The notes under the pieces: generated by a model
What the model saw: the letters and a program-made list of their open reading frames with translations, nothing else
Databases searched by the model: none
What the model was told of the DNA's origin: nothing
Origin: Chiloscyllium plagiosum
Taxonomy: Eukaryota
Assembly (NCBI RefSeq): GCF_004010195.1
Contig: NC_057718.1
Coordinates: 57,427,023 to 57,491,022, forward strand
Length of the DNA stretch: 64,000 nt
Reading direction: 5' to 3'
Position numbers and translations under genes: made by a program
Shown: in pieces, positions 14,041 through 27,845 of the stretch
How the letters are laid out: the number at the start of each line of letters is the position of its first letter
How positions within the stretch are numbered: the stretch's first letter is position 1

Positions 14041-15319
14041 CAAATTCTAAATCCATAATTAACCTATACATAACCCAAACATGAGAGATTTGTTCTTAAT
14101 GCTCCACAAACATTCTTGTGTTGATCAAGATTGATAATTCTGCAGCTTAGCAGAAAAATCTGGCCAAAGAAGTGCACACATGCAAACAGGCTGTGCATCA
14201 TGATGTTCCTCTCTTTGAGGCCCTCCAGCTGTGATGTCAAGAGACAGAATAGTAATACATGTGTTCTGCTTTACACTTGTAATTTCACACAGTATTAGAA
14301 TTCAATCAATTGTATTATTATTCCCTTGCAAGATGAAACATTCAACTATGTATACTTAGTGCCTTATGTCCCTCTGTCATGGAGAATGCAGAGTATGAAC
14401 AAACGATTTACAGATCAGGAATTCTTGTCCTATGCATGGTTAGTTAATCTCAAACAGGTTGTCAGTAAGGTTTTTATAAATGAGCTCAGCGCCTCTGTAT
14501 TTGTCATGAAAAAAGCAGCAAAACTTTTTATGTTAAATGACAAGAAATGTTGACAGAAGAAATATCTCTTTTTGGCCCAAAATAATTAAATAACTTACTC
14601 ACCTTTACCCTCTCACACACACATAAAGTATCAGCTCTTGATCAAAGAACTGGACAGTTTCCAGTATATGTCAAATAATATCAGAAAAGCTAGTGGCTTT
14701 ATGAAAGAGTCAAAGAACTAGAAAGGAGTAGATTATATATTACAATATATAAAAGAAGCAACAAATGATTGGGAAATGAATTCCTGATTTGTATTGGGGA
14801 TATTAATTCATTATTTGCTATTTACATATATTCTAATCCCAAACATCTTGAAACTAGATTGTGTGAGGAATTTAACCTCTGAACTTTGTAAACTGTGAAT
14901 GTCCTTCACTTTTTATCCATCTTTGTCAAAGCAGGTGACAGGTATAGTAAATAGACTATCATTAAGTTCACAACATATATCCCTTTTGGTAAAGCTTTAT
15001 TATAAGTAAGTTCATTTCTTACGTGTTAGAACCGCTTCTTCTTGAACAACAAATCAATGAACACTTTAAGATGACTGAATGGATGTGCAGACATATTAAC
15101 AAAAGAACAGGAATAGGCCATTCAGTCAGATCATCTGTACAGTATACTTTCAGATCTTACATTAAGTAAGATCATAACTGACTTTCTTGTCTCTACTGGC
15201 AAGATTGCATAACTCTTAATTCCCTTAGAAATCCACTAATCTCTATGTTGAATAAACTCATTGACTGAACATCCATAGCTGTCTTTGGTAGGGAATTCAA
15301 CAATCCTATGATCTTATCA

Positions 15320-18300
15320 CCTCGCCTTGAACATTAAGTTTTGAGTTCCTTTCAGCTTTCAGGAGGATCCCTTTATCCTGTCATGCTAGGACATGTCTTT
15401 CAGTGTGCTTTGAAAACCATGCCACTTAGACTTCTAAGTATACCTGGACCAATATCCAGCAGCAATGTCCATTCCAGCAATGTCTTCTTTCTTAAATCTG
15501 TGTAAGACACATTCTTTTAAATAGAAAACCAGTTCCCAACAGCATCCTGTTGGTAACAGTCCTTCCCTCCATTTTCAACAGGAGCAACTGAATCTGTTTC
15601 CCTCTGTGTCTCTATGTTTGTTTGTATCTGCCCAGAAAAACAGATTTCCCTCTTTTGTGTTAAGATGTGAAAACATTCACTTAATTTTCTATAGGTTTTG
15701 GGTTACAGATCACATGGGCCTATCTGCAGGCAGAGTTTAGAATGATCATCCTTCCTATTCTTTTACTTAAATTTAAGGAGACAACTTTAAGTACAAATGT
15801 CTTGTAGATTCTTGCATTTGGAACAGCTCCTCATCAAAAATGAGAAGTAAACACTCCAGTAGTAATGATTTTTCTGCAAAACAATCAACATATAGCATTG
15901 TAAACCTTTTAAAAATTAATTTAGTATCTAAAGTACAGGGACTATCCTTTCATCTTTTGTCACATTTCACCATTAAACCTTCTGTTTTGGCCACACTGTA
16001 AGCCTTAATCAAATAGAACTAACTGATTGCATGTTGCAGTTAAGATTTAAAGTGCAGCTTGAATGGATTCTTTGAGCACCAACTCTTGAAAACAAAAGTT
16101 TCTTTTAGTGCCAATTAATTCACTTTCTTCCAATCTGCTAAAAGGATCTCCTTTTCCATTTTGCTTTGGCTGTGCAGCATTTCTGTATCTTTGATTAAAA
16201 AAAAAGAGTGCAATTGGGATTTTCATCCTCAGGCTGCTTTTTAAAATTGGTATTGAGTTGTGTGCAGTCTGGATTTTGGATAATATTTGTGATGAACCCA
16301 AAGGTTTCACCATTTGTTTGGTCTGGTTAGCTTTGTCAGGAATAACATTGCAGTTGTGAGTAACCCATCTGGCTTCTGGAGATTGATGGCTGTGAACTGG
16401 AATGCAAGGAAAGCTTCCCTGCCTTGTGCTTCTTATTCTCTAGATTCAGCAATTTCTGTCGATCTGCTTTAAAGTTAGACTCTAAATCATCAAGGTTTTC
16501 ACTTTTAAAATCAGACAATGAACCAATCTGTTCAGGTTTTGACTTTTGATTTCCATGTTCTTCTATGTTTGCATTTCATAAAGTATTCAAGTCAGTGAAG
16601 AAAGTCTCAGCCAGCCATCTCTCCGAGTTGCATGGCAATTGAAATCATCTCACCTTATTTGAAGTCAGGGTCATTTTCATCTTTAAGTTTACTTCCATGA
16701 TTTAATCCTTGTGTTATTTTCCAGAAGATACAGGATTAACATGCCTCTGTTTATGCAAACAGTCTGCTTTCTGTCAAGTAAATATTCTTTCGCTGCTTTA
16801 AGAACTTTAAGGTTATTTCGATATTCAGTCAAAAAAATTCTTTTTTGTCAGTTCATACATTTTTGAAAGTTTTATTTTTGCTTTCCCAATTAAATTGAGT
16901 ATTGTCTAGTTTTTTTTAAGCAAGATGATCACTAATTCATTTTGAATTTTTAAATTTACGTTCAAGAACACATATCCTCCTTGTAGCTAATGGTGTCAGT
17001 ATTTCCTGCAACTTTACCACTTTCCTTCAAAACATTCCTTTTCCCTGTTTCATCAATTGTTTTGAATACTATTGCTTTCATCTATGTCACATCTTGCTTA
17101 TGCTTAGATCACATTTTAAAATCAGATGACTTTACCGCCATTAACTCTCCAATTCGAGCCTGACTCTGCAATATAATGTTTAAAGTGGCAGTCTGAGTTT
17201 CAGACTCTTTTGATCCATCTTCAAATGATAATTTTATCAGCAGCGTTGCAGGAAATGATTGATGCTTTTAAGTCGCTCAATTATTTCCTGTACAATTTCA
17301 GTTTCCACACCATTCTGGCAGTGCTGGATATGGCAGACAAGATACTTTCGAATGAAAATTCTATTTTTTTCCTTTTTATTGTTTTCCTTAACCCCTCCCC
17401 ACACTACTGCCAAATAGCAGTAGTGCTTATTTCTCCCCAGCACCAATGTTGTGTGCGTGTAGGTGCAGGTCACAGTGAAGAAACATTGAGTGCAGAAAAC
17501 TTCATTTGTATTCCATCACCAGGAAAAAGAACACCAAAGTGACCAGTGACAAGCAGTACCTTACTCTTCAAGGGCAATGCCTAAGTGAATGAAAAAGTGA
17601 AGGGGAGGGTAGGATTAAATCAAAATAGAGTTGGAGGGGAAAATAAAACATTCCATGCTCCGCTGTGCCCAACTCTCCCTGATTTCCTCGCGAGTATCAG
17701 TAGACATTGCATGCTCCATCTCCAGGGACACCTGGACCCAAACATAACAGCGAAAAAAGGGGAAGAAGGTAGTCAGCCATAACAGCCCCCTCCATGGCCC
17801 ACTGCCTGGACCTAGTAATGGCCAGCCTGGCCAGGCCCAGGAGCATACCCACAAGGAGATCTCTGACCTGCCCTCACCCTCCGTATCGGGTGCCCAAAGA
17901 TCAGGATCGTGAGGCTGAAGAGCAACCAGAAACATAAAAGAAGATCTTTAAGAGAATGAAAAAGGGAGTGCAGATGCCCACAACCCATATATACATGGTC
18001 CAAGGACTCCACAACACAACAGAGCAAACAGTTGGGCTGGGAGTCTGTGAACCATTCCAATCTGCAGTTGCAAGGGACTGCTGCATACAGGCTCCTCCAC
18101 CCTAGATCTCCAAGCGAAAGTGGGAGGACTCCTGCGTAGAGAGCCCTCCACTGAGGACCCCCACTGCCTGGTTCTAATGAAAATTCTATGCCATCAATGG
18201 GCTAATTAGGCAGAATCTCCACAGTTATAGGATTGGAAATTAACCCGCAATTTAAATTAACCTCCATTTAAATTAAACTAAATTCTCCTCAATAATTTAT

Positions 18301-20350
18301 AATCATTTTTATTCAGCAAATCTTTAGAGAAATTATAGGCTTGTTATCGTTTAACTCCTGGGCAGTGTTACCTGGAAAAGCATTGTACAGTTTTATCAAT
18401 CCCACAGTCTTGCCTTTTACTCTTCAGCATCCCACCTTTGTATTAACTTTTCATGTCAACAATAACTTATTGGTACATTTGAAGTGTCTTAACCTCCAGA
18501 TTGTTGCTTTTAAAATTCTAAGGATTGTCTGTTTCTTCCCCCGCCTATTTTCCTCACATGGATCCTACTTCTTTCTCTTCAGTCTCTCTGTGAGTTCACA
18601 AACAACAGCCTGTTGCTAACATGCTTGTGAGACAACGCATAGGTCTCTATCATCACTGCTGCCTGCCATTCTCAGAAATGTTATGTTCTTCCAGGAAGGG
18701 CCTTATTCCCAAAGGGACATTGTTTTTACTTCCTTACATCAGCATCAAATCTCTAAGATTCTGAAAATATTGCTCAAATATTCTAGAGTTATACTACCTA
18801 TAAGATACAATTTCCTTTTCTCTCGCATTTTCCATAAAAATCTGACTTTGTTTCTTCTAATTCATGCATGTTGACAACAGCAGTTTTCACTGTATCATAA
18901 TCATCAGATCGGACATCTGAAAGGGATGAGTATAACTCCTTAACCCTCTTTACAGGTTGTAAAATATTCCAACTTTCTTATGGCCATTGTAGCTTTATAG
19001 TAACTTTCTCAAAAGAAATAAAATAAATTTCAACTCCTGCGTCACTGAATTTAGGCCATAAGCAAATATTCCTTGTCAAATCAAAACCAGGAATTAAATC
19101 TGAGTCATCCTCAAGTTTTACTGCCGCCCACCACACATCCTTTCCTTACAAGTTCAAATATCTTTGCTTCTCTCTCTCTTTAAATTCAGAATTTTATTTT
19201 CTTCTTCATTTTTGGAACCCAAATTTGAGTTTTCACATCTCCCTGAATTCTTTTTCCCATTAGTGTTTTATCATTTCTGATTCAAACACCTTTTTTTTAT
19301 TTATAATTGAAGCTAACTCAGAGTGCTGTCAAAATCACCATTTTGTCCTCAAGTTTCATTGGTCAAGCCAATTATTGAACAAGTCTTTAAGTTCTATTCT
19401 TTCCAGAAATGCCTGAGCATTGAAAATAATCCTGTTGACTTTGCTTTAAATATAGTAAAACTAAGTGTGAAATCTTGTTTGTCTGAACTCTGGAAAACCT
19501 CACTGTACCTATTTTACAGCTTCTGGATTTGAATCTTGCAAGAGTTCCAGTTTTTTTTATGATCCCTGCAGAGACCAATAACTTTTAAAAAGAAGGGATA
19601 AATTTCCCAATAGCTGATGGAAGGAGTCATAGGACAAAATTTCACATTTTATGATGTTCACTGTAAGAAACAAATTAAAAACCAACATGGACTAAAAATA
19701 CTTACAGTCAACTAATAAATCAAACTCAAGAAAAGCCAATTAACCAATTTCCTCTTCTTTAGTTCTACCACTAAAAGTCCAACCCACAGTGCAATGAAAC
19801 AAACCATGGGTTGGGTATGGAGGCAGCTCCCAAATCCACTCCTGTTCGAATAGGGAATGATTCCTATACTATTGGCACTAATCTGATCCATACCAGATGT
19901 CCGTTTAACTGAGCCAACCAGTCTACAACAAACGTATTTATATGCATGTTCTATGTTAGAACATTATAGCTTGTAATGGTTGAGGCTCCAATTGCTTTCC
20001 ATCACATAAGACTCTCCCCTGCTGTCACCACTTGCCATTCTGTATGTTGGAAGGATTTACAAGTTGATACTCACCTCATTTGGCTGCATTATGGTCAGGT
20101 CTTCCTTACCATTAATACCTTAGGTGGGACATATATGCGGATGTTCACTGCACAATAAGACCTCCATCAAATAACTAACAAAACCAAAATTCCTTACATG
20201 CTTTTACTGTACACCATACCCCCAATGGGTATATATCCTTAAAGATTAAGTTCCAAGCTCCTTGCCAACTTTTCAACATTTTCCTTCTCCCGGCAACCAA
20301 GATGAGTTTCGAGTGACCTTTGAAAACCATTCCACTTCAGATTCAGGTTC
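15320..20350 (-). mobile_element. Ancient Gmr1-like Gypsy LTR retrotransposon relic (gag and protease); boundaries approximate
   Basis: Minus strand ~19086-18850 gives FDLTRNICLWPKFSDAGVEIYFISFEKV..LQWP*ESW...YSSLS...DYDTVKTAV (Gmr1-type gag). Minus strand ~18340-18180 gives DNKPIISLKD...EVNLNCGLISNPITVEILPN*PIDGIEF (protease C-half). A diverged direct repeat lies at 15325-15435 and 20237-20344. Confidence 0.7.
17365..18175 (-). mobile_element. Tx1-clade LINE 3' portion inserted into the Gmr1-like protease
   Basis: It is homologous to 9938-10961 (QPNCLLCCVVESLDHVYMGC). A perfect 14-bp TSD AATGAAAATTCTAT lies at 17351-17364 and 18176-18189. Confidence 0.9.
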
Positions 20351-20724
20351 CCAATGATGGGCGAAGGATTGGTATTAAGTTGGAAGAAAGTTTCAGGCAG
20401 ATTTGCCTTTATAATGATGATGATCTGAAAACTCTATTGGATCCATTAATATGGTATGAATATTCATTAACATGCCAGTCAGCTGGAGTTACATTCCAGG
20501 CTCGCAGCTTTTTAGCAATAAGTGAGAAAAATGGGCTTTCACAATCTTCACTGTATATATGAGGATGTACCTGGCTGGTAGACTTCCTCATGGATGTTCT
20601 GATGAGTACACACTGCATCATGCTTCATACTAGGTCTTATTCATTAGCAGGCTGATTCTGAATGGGCATTGTCAAGGCTCTGTACAATAGGAAGGTTACT
20701 GCCTAAGGAATACAGCCTATTAGG

Positions 20725-20968
20725 ATAGAATAGCGTAGAATTCCTACACTTTAGAAACAGGCCCTTTGGCCCAATGAGACCATACTGATCCGCTGAAGAA
20801 CATCCCACCCAGACCCAGACCCAGACCCAACACCGCCCCGCCCCCACCCCCCCACCCCCATCTCTATAACTCTGCATTTCCCATGGCTAATGCACTTAAC
20901 CTAAACATCCCTGAATACAATGGGTAATTTTGCATGGCCAGTCCCCAATTTGCACTTCTTCGGACTTA
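20725..20968 (-). mobile_element. HE1-like SINE 3' half
   Basis: Reverse-strand SINE tail and body (CCATGGCTAATGCAC..CCTAAACATCCC), with a short internal (CCAGAC)n expansion. Confidence 0.7.
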
Positions 20969-21948
20969 GCAACAATGAGCCTGCCAAGGGAGGCTGAGAA
21001 ATTGGCTTGGACAAGAACACTTGTTCCAGGGCATGCTAGAGGAGGGGAAATGTGGCAAAGGGGCAATTAAAGGCGAGACGTTTGGTCATTATGAACACAG
21101 AATGTAACCTAAAACGTAGTTGAGGTGGCAGCAAGATCTTGGGGAATGAAGGCAGGCAACTGGTAAGGAGGAGGAAAAGTAACAGTGATGGGGTAAGGAG
21201 ACAAGTAAGGGTGGATGTTGCATGTTTAGAATAGGAAACTGAATGGGATGATGAGATGTGCTAGTGAGGTGGAAGGAGCAGATGAATTGGAAAAAAGTGT
21301 CAAGGTAAGGCTGGACATGGGGTGTTGGAGGAACTTAGGCACAGGGAAAAGCAGAAAGGTCAAGGGAAGAGGTGAACATGGCATGGTGACATGGCCACAG
21401 TAACTGAGGAAGATTGACAGAGGGGAAGCCAGTGAAAAGTGGAAGACCTTTTACAGTTATGCAATGGGTTTAGGAGGTCTTTACATTAGAGGAGAGGTTT
21501 AAGGGTGAAGGAATCAAGGAAAAAATTAACACACCTCTTTCTCTGGTTTCTGGTCACAAAATAGTCCCTCACTGAGAATGTTTAGCAAAAATGGGAGACG
21601 CCTCAGCCATGGTTGTATGAATTCCTGGAGAGACCAAAGACTCAAATATGTTTAACATGAAACAGAAACAAGAACAAAGCACTGCACAAGCATTCATTTG
21701 GGGACAATATACTGAAATGAAGTGTTCATGCCAGCATAAAGACTGCCATGATCTAGCCTCTTATGATACCGACACCTAATTAGGGTGTCTAATACATTGA
21801 AGTCTGAGTTCAAGGGTAACAAATACTCAGCAACAATTGATTGATGGGTTGACGGTATGATGTAGGTTGTTTCATGTGAAGCCATGCAGAAGACACACTA
21901 TCTTGGATAGCTAAAACTGAAGGTCATGAGTATGGAATCACTTAACAT

Positions 21949-22276
21949 GATTAGATTAGATTCCCTACAGTGTGGAAACAGGCCCTTCAGCCCAACAAGT
22001 CCACACCGACCCTCCGAAGAGCAACCCACCCAGACCCATTACCCTACATTTACCCCTGACTAATGCACCTAACACTACGGGCAATTTAGCATGGTCAATT
22101 CACCTAACCTGCACATCTTCGGACTGTGGCAGGAAACCGGAACACCCAGAGGAAACCCACACAGACACAGGGAGAATGTGCAAATTACACACAGTCAGTC
22201 ACCAGAGGCTGGAATCGAACCTGGGACCCTGGTGCTGTGAGGCATCAGTGCTAACCACTGAGCCACCGTGCCACCC
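21949..22276 (-). mobile_element. HE1-like SINE, full length
   Basis: Reverse complement of the 5954-6287 family, including the tail and tRNA head. Confidence 0.92.
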
Positions 22277-22727
22277 AATGTTGAGTTCAACACTGCAGGG
22301 GAGAATGAACAGACAGAGAGAGCTAGGAATCAGAGTTAGCTATGTGGGATGTACCATAATCTCAAGACTATAAATATCTTGCTCATGGCTGATCGAAGGT
22401 TAGGCCAAGCTAGCCATGAGTCATGCAGAATGGGCCTCCCTATGCTGAGGTAGGTGCACCCAAGACTTCAGCAACCTGAGGAGGGCCCAAAGATTAAGGA
22501 GATAAGCACAATTTTGCAAGCAGAACCCAAACATATATCCTCCTATTTGTTAAAGAGTCCATGCTTTAATGCAAGATTTTTGGTCAGCTAAACCCAACAA
22601 CTCCTAAGGAGGAGGAAGAGGCAAAGGCAGGGCTAATGGCAACAACTGCAGAGATCTGGGCCTCCAGCTGTGGAGAAACAAATGACCCCTGAAGAGGGGA
22701 TCCTGGGGCAATGGATGCTGTCGATCA

Positions 22728-22948
22728 CTATATGCCCTCTACCTGTCTTCACCTATTCCCACTTCACCACCCTGTCCCCCGTCACCCACTTTATCTGCAG
22801 CTCCCCCTATATCCACCCCCAGTCCTGAAGAAAGGTTACACCCAAAATGTCGACCTCTCCACCTCCTGGTGCTGCCTGGCTTGCTGTGTTCTTCCAACCT
22901 CCTGCTTGTCTACTTTGGACTTCAGTATCTGCAGTTTTTTTGTCTCTA
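22728..22948 (+). mobile_element. Penelope-like terminal repeat fragment with decayed hammerhead motif
   Basis: CCTGAAGAAAGGTTACACCCAAAATGTCGA followed by GCTGCCTGGCTTGCTGTGTTCTTCCA...CAGTATCTGCAG. Confidence 0.7.
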
Positions 22949-23664
22949 TGGTAAGGGTTATGAAAGAGTCAGATGAGAATTCTGGAGAGGCCCATCTCAA
23001 TATCAGGAATAATTCCTTCCATCTTTTATACTTTTCACAAGTGACTTAGTGAGATCTTTGTTAGATGGTGAGTGACAAGTTGATAATTGTGATTATTACT
23101 TGTTAAGCCCCTTGTTGATCTCATAACTCATCTCATTTATATTCAGTGTCCTATTTACCAAGATCACTAGCTAGACAGTGGGAGAAGTGGAAATCACAGT
23201 GGTAGGTTCAGCTCGCCACTTGCTCTGAAAATCCACCATTTGACGATGACCAAACTGCAGCACTATCCACAGACACCATTCACATGCACCCTTCCTCAAC
23301 AGACATTGGCGTTTGCCACCTAGTAACCACTCACAAACATTCTGGCCTACATCAAAAGGAAATTACTACCATAGTTGCTCATATGTGCTTCATATTGATC
23401 ATACCTGGAGCCAGTTTCTGCTGTCCTCTGATAGAAATCTGTTCTGAAAACACAGACCTGTATTCAAAGCACAGTGACACATTGCAATGAAAAGCTACAG
23501 CAGGGACTCATTGAATAGAGCCACATGTACCTGACTCAGAGATTGTATCTTCGGGCTGCTTGTTTCTGACCTCATGCTCACTTATGAAGTGCCTACCAAT
23601 AAGCCCGAGCATGCATGCCTTGCTGTGCCAATTACTGCAGTCATGTAATCAGGCAGCTTGCCTT

Positions 23665-23978
23665 GCTGGTCAGCAGTCTGCCACAAGGGGTCATAGTTTA
23701 AGGACAAAGGATAAACATTTTAGGACTGAGATTAAGAGAAATTTCTGGACAGAGAAAGTGGTGAGCCTGTAGAATTCACTACCACAAAAAAATGCTTGGG
23801 CCAAAACATTACGTGTTTTCAAGAAGGAAGTAGATACAGCTCCTGTGGCTAATGGGATATAGGGGCAGGTTGGGATTAGAGCATTGAGCTTGGTGATCAG
23901 CCATGATCATATTGAGTAGTGGAGCAGGCTCGAGGGGTTGATTAGTCTACTCCTGCTCCTATATTCTATGTTTCTGTG
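23665..23978 (+). mobile_element. CR1 3' fragment
   Basis: TRGHSLRTKDKHFRTEIKRNF followed by the CR1 3' UTR. Confidence 0.8.
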
Positions 23979-24959
23979 TAATAGGGTGCATATCTTGCTG
24001 TGCAGCAATATGCGACGTCAATCTCATAGCAACACACTGCATAAGCAGCAAGTAGGCAACTATGTCTCAAAGTCTTAGGGAAGTCAGTGACAAGGACGAT
24101 ACCAGTTCAGGTGATTAGCCATGGTCAGGTGTACAGATCAGGTGGTTTCGGTCATGCAGTACATTCCTCTGCAGACTATGGTCAGTCATAGTTGGTACTT
24201 TGGCTCCATAGCAGCCAGTCCAGAATGTAAGGCTAACACAGTTGGAGAGATGTATGGGCACCAGTCAGTGATCTGAGAACCTTTCATCAGAGGCTGTCTG
24301 GTCGGGTCATTCAAGGGGCTGTAGTCAGTCTGTCTCCAAAAAAAAGGGGAAAGAGATGGAAGTTCTGGAGGTCAAGTCCTATTGCTACTGGACTGAACCT
24401 GAGCAAGTTACTCCTTAAAACTGGGGCCTTCAGGCTCTGGAGAAGGACAGAATACAATTGTGAAGGGGACCTGTAGATTGGGGGGAAGGGTGCATGTGAT
24501 AAACTATGACTCTGAAGGGGGTAAGGTAAGAGGGGTGGGGAGGGGTTGACCACAGTCAGGACCACCCAGGTGGTGAGGGGAGAGACACCACGCATAGTCA
24601 TCTCAAATACCAGATGCTGGATGGGAAAGGTAAACAGTGTAGGAACATGTACCTGGGTTGTTTGGGCACGTGGGGAATGGTGAAGCCTGTGGGGTTTATA
24701 GGATGAACTACTGGGAAAAGAATGTGGATGTTTTGACACATTTACAGTAAACTGAGGCTGGAAGCCACTGGAAAAACAGCGTTCACTGTTCATCATGTTG
24801 GAAATCGAAAGCACACAAGTTGGAAGAAAATGGCTGTGGCCACACTGGGAGTGAGTGGGGTTAGTGACTCGACTTGTGAAGAAGGGGACAGCAGCTAACA
24901 CTCATCATAGGGCTTTAAAGGAAACTAACATTGGTCATAGATCAATGGTTTTTCTATCC

Positions 24960-27392
24960 ATTGTATGGACCGTACAGCATCCTCGTGTACGACAAAGGGT
25001 GGAGAGGTTTGCTTTTTAATCAACAACTTGTGGTGCATGGACATTGCAAACCTGGGCAGCCATTGCTTCCCAAACCTTGAATTCCTCACCAGCAAATGCC
25101 ACCCCTTTTATCTACCACGGGAATTCACGTCTACTATTACTAACTGCTGTGTGCATACCGCCACAAGCAAAGGTCTGGATGTGCTTTACTCCACCACTAA
25201 CACCCTGGAGAAGGAACACTTTTATAGTTTATTGTAACCGACAACTTCAATCAAGCCAATCTAAGGAAGGTGTTGCCCAAGTACCACCAGAACATTACCT
25301 GCCCCACCAGGACCCCGAACATTTTAGACCACTGTTCCATCACTGTGAAGGATGCCTACTACTCTATTCCCCCGCACTCATTTCGGGAACTCTGACCACA
25401 ATGCCATGTTTCTTCTCCCAGTTTACAGGCAAAAGCTCAAGCAGGAGACCGCCTCATGGATACAGGTCCAGTGCTGGTCAGAGGAGGCAAAGTATCAACT
25501 CCAGTGATGCCTGAAATTGGCTGATTGGGCCATATTCAAATAGTCCGCAGGTACCTTGGATGAGTATGCCACCACCGTCACAGACTTTATCAGAAAGTAT
25601 GTGGACGACTGCATACCAAGGAAGTCAATCTGGGTGTTCCCCAACAGGAAACCCTGGATGAATCAGGACATACAGAAACTGCTAAAAACCAGGCGTGAGG
25701 CCTTCAGATCAGGAGACCCACTCAAATATAAGGAATCCAAGTATGACCTTCGCAGAGCCATTAAGACAACCAAAGACCAATACCAATCCAAACTAGAGAC
25801 TCAGCCAGACACCCTGCGACTATGGCAAGGACTGAATGACATCACAAGTTCTATGAAGAGACAGTGCAAGATAGCAGATGATGACATATCCCTCCCAGAT
25901 CATCTCAGTGCCTCTGCGCTCGCTTTGAGTAGAATTTCGTCGAAATAGGTGTCACCTCTCTGTCAGATCCTGACGAACCTATCCCAATAGTCACTGCATC
26001 AGAGGTCAGATCAGTTTTCCTTTGTGTGAATCCAAGGAAAGTGATGGGACCAGATCGAGTACCAGGCCATGCTCTCAGAGCGTGCACAGATCAACTGGCA
26101 GAGGTCTTCTCGGCATTTTCAACCTCTTCTTGCAGTAGGCCAATGTCCCTGCCTGTTTCAAGAGGACCAACATCATCCCTGTGCCGAAGAAGGCTCATGC
26201 AGCATGTCTCAATGACTACCGCCCAGTGGCCCTAACCTCGGTGGTCATGAAGTTCTTTGAAAGGCATGGCATTAATTAACTCAAGCCTCTCCACTACTCT
26301 TGACCCACTCCAATTTGCCTATCGGACCAAAGATCCACGTCAGATGCTATATCACTTGCCCTACTGTCCTATCTAGAACATCTTGACACCAAGAACAGCT
26401 ACGTAAGAATCCTACTCATTGACTACAGTTCAGCCTTCAACACTATTATCCCCTCAAGACTGATTACTAAACTTAGTGATCTCGGACTAAGCTCCACCTT
26501 CTGCAACTGGATCCTCAATTTCCTGACAAACAGGCCACATTCAGTGAAGATTGGGGATAATAATTCAATCTACTAATACTCAACACTGGAGCTCCCCAGG
26601 GTTGCATACTCAACCCCTACTGATCTCACTGTATACCCATGAATGTGTTGCCAAATACCAGACTAATGCCATTTACAAGTTCACCGAGGACACCACAATA
26701 GTGGATCGAATCTCAGATGGGAGGTGGAAGACCTGGAAAAATGGTGCATTGAGAACAACCTAGCTCTCAATACCGGCAAAACCAAGAAACTCTTTTTGAC
26801 TTTCGGCAGGATGTTATTCATGCTCCCCCCTACACATTAATAGCACAGAGGTGGAACGAGTGAGGAGTGTCAAGCTCCTGAGGGTTGAAGCTTTCTTGGA
26901 CTCTTCATGTGGATGCACTGGTTACAAAGGCCCAACAATGTCTCTTCTTCCTCAGGCAGCTGAGGAAATTTGGCATGCCGGTGAATACCCTTGCCAACTT
27001 TTATAGGTGTGCCATCGAGAGCATTCTGTCTGGATGTACCACCACCTGGTATGGCAACTGTACCATTCAAGATTGGAATCAGTTACAGAGAGTGGTGAAC
27101 TCGGCCCGGACAGTCACAAAGGCCAACCTCCCATCTACGAGGCCCGCTGTCAAGGAAAGGCTGCTCGCATTCTCAAAGATCCATCCCACCCGGCAATGTT
27201 TTTCTACAACCTCTACCATTGGGGAGAAAATACAGAAGCTTGGATGCACACACCAGCCGGTTTTGTAACAGTTAGTACCCTACTGTTGTTAGAATACTGA
27301 ATATACTCACAAACTCTTAACATTTGCTTGTACCTGTGTTTTTGTTTTTGCTGCTGTTTACCTATTACTTACTTACCTATGTTACTTAACTA
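24960..27392 (+). mobile_element. Rex/Babar-type (L2-related) LINE, 5'-truncated and frameshifted
   Basis: Translations include KGGEVCFLINN.WC (APE), [38 protein letters not shown]...YKFTEDTT and FYRCAIESILSGC (RT). Confidence 0.88.
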
Positions 27393-27394
27393 GC

Positions 27395-27845
27395 CTGTCC
27401 ACTGAAGCAGGCAGCTTGAATTGCTGCACTGATCACCATCTGGACAATGAGGATCACTGTGTCCCAGATGCTTGTCTGCCTCTGCTGCTTTGCATTGTGC
27501 ATTTAGATGAACACGATTGGTGTTGGTTCTCTGGCAGCCCACTGAGTGCTAGTGACCTGGCGCATTTCTTCCTTGGCCTGCTGTGGAGTTGTCAAACATT
27601 GAGGTGCTATTCAGGTTGTGCTCACACGCTCTCTTCGCCTATAGTTCCTACTGAGGTATCAGTATGTGGGCTGGTACAGGATGCAGGAGACAGTCTTGCT
27701 GATGTTTCCCCTGAGGCCTTGGTACTTTCATCTTCAGAGATCATGAATTTTTTGAGGGGGGGGGGAAGATGCACCGGTCATGGAGATGCTGCTGTACCTG
27801 CAAGAGACAGGCCTATGCATCTTAAATGTACCAACAGCAAAAGTT
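27395..27845 (-). mobile_element. Probable Harbinger Myb-gene downstream exon remnant
   Basis: The minus strand resembles 53030-53160 (CCTGCA.CCT..ACCAG), which follows the Myb-like exons there. Confidence 0.35.

Noticed and set aside
9924..18189. Possible sequence-specific targeting by the two Tx1 copies
   Set aside because: The two TSDs share only AT-richness, and no common target such as a small-RNA gene is visible.
15400..19660. Apparent large minus-strand host exon with a good splice acceptor at 19661
   Set aside because: It has many stops and frameshifts, and the recognisable parts are Gypsy gag and protease, so it is not an intact host exon.
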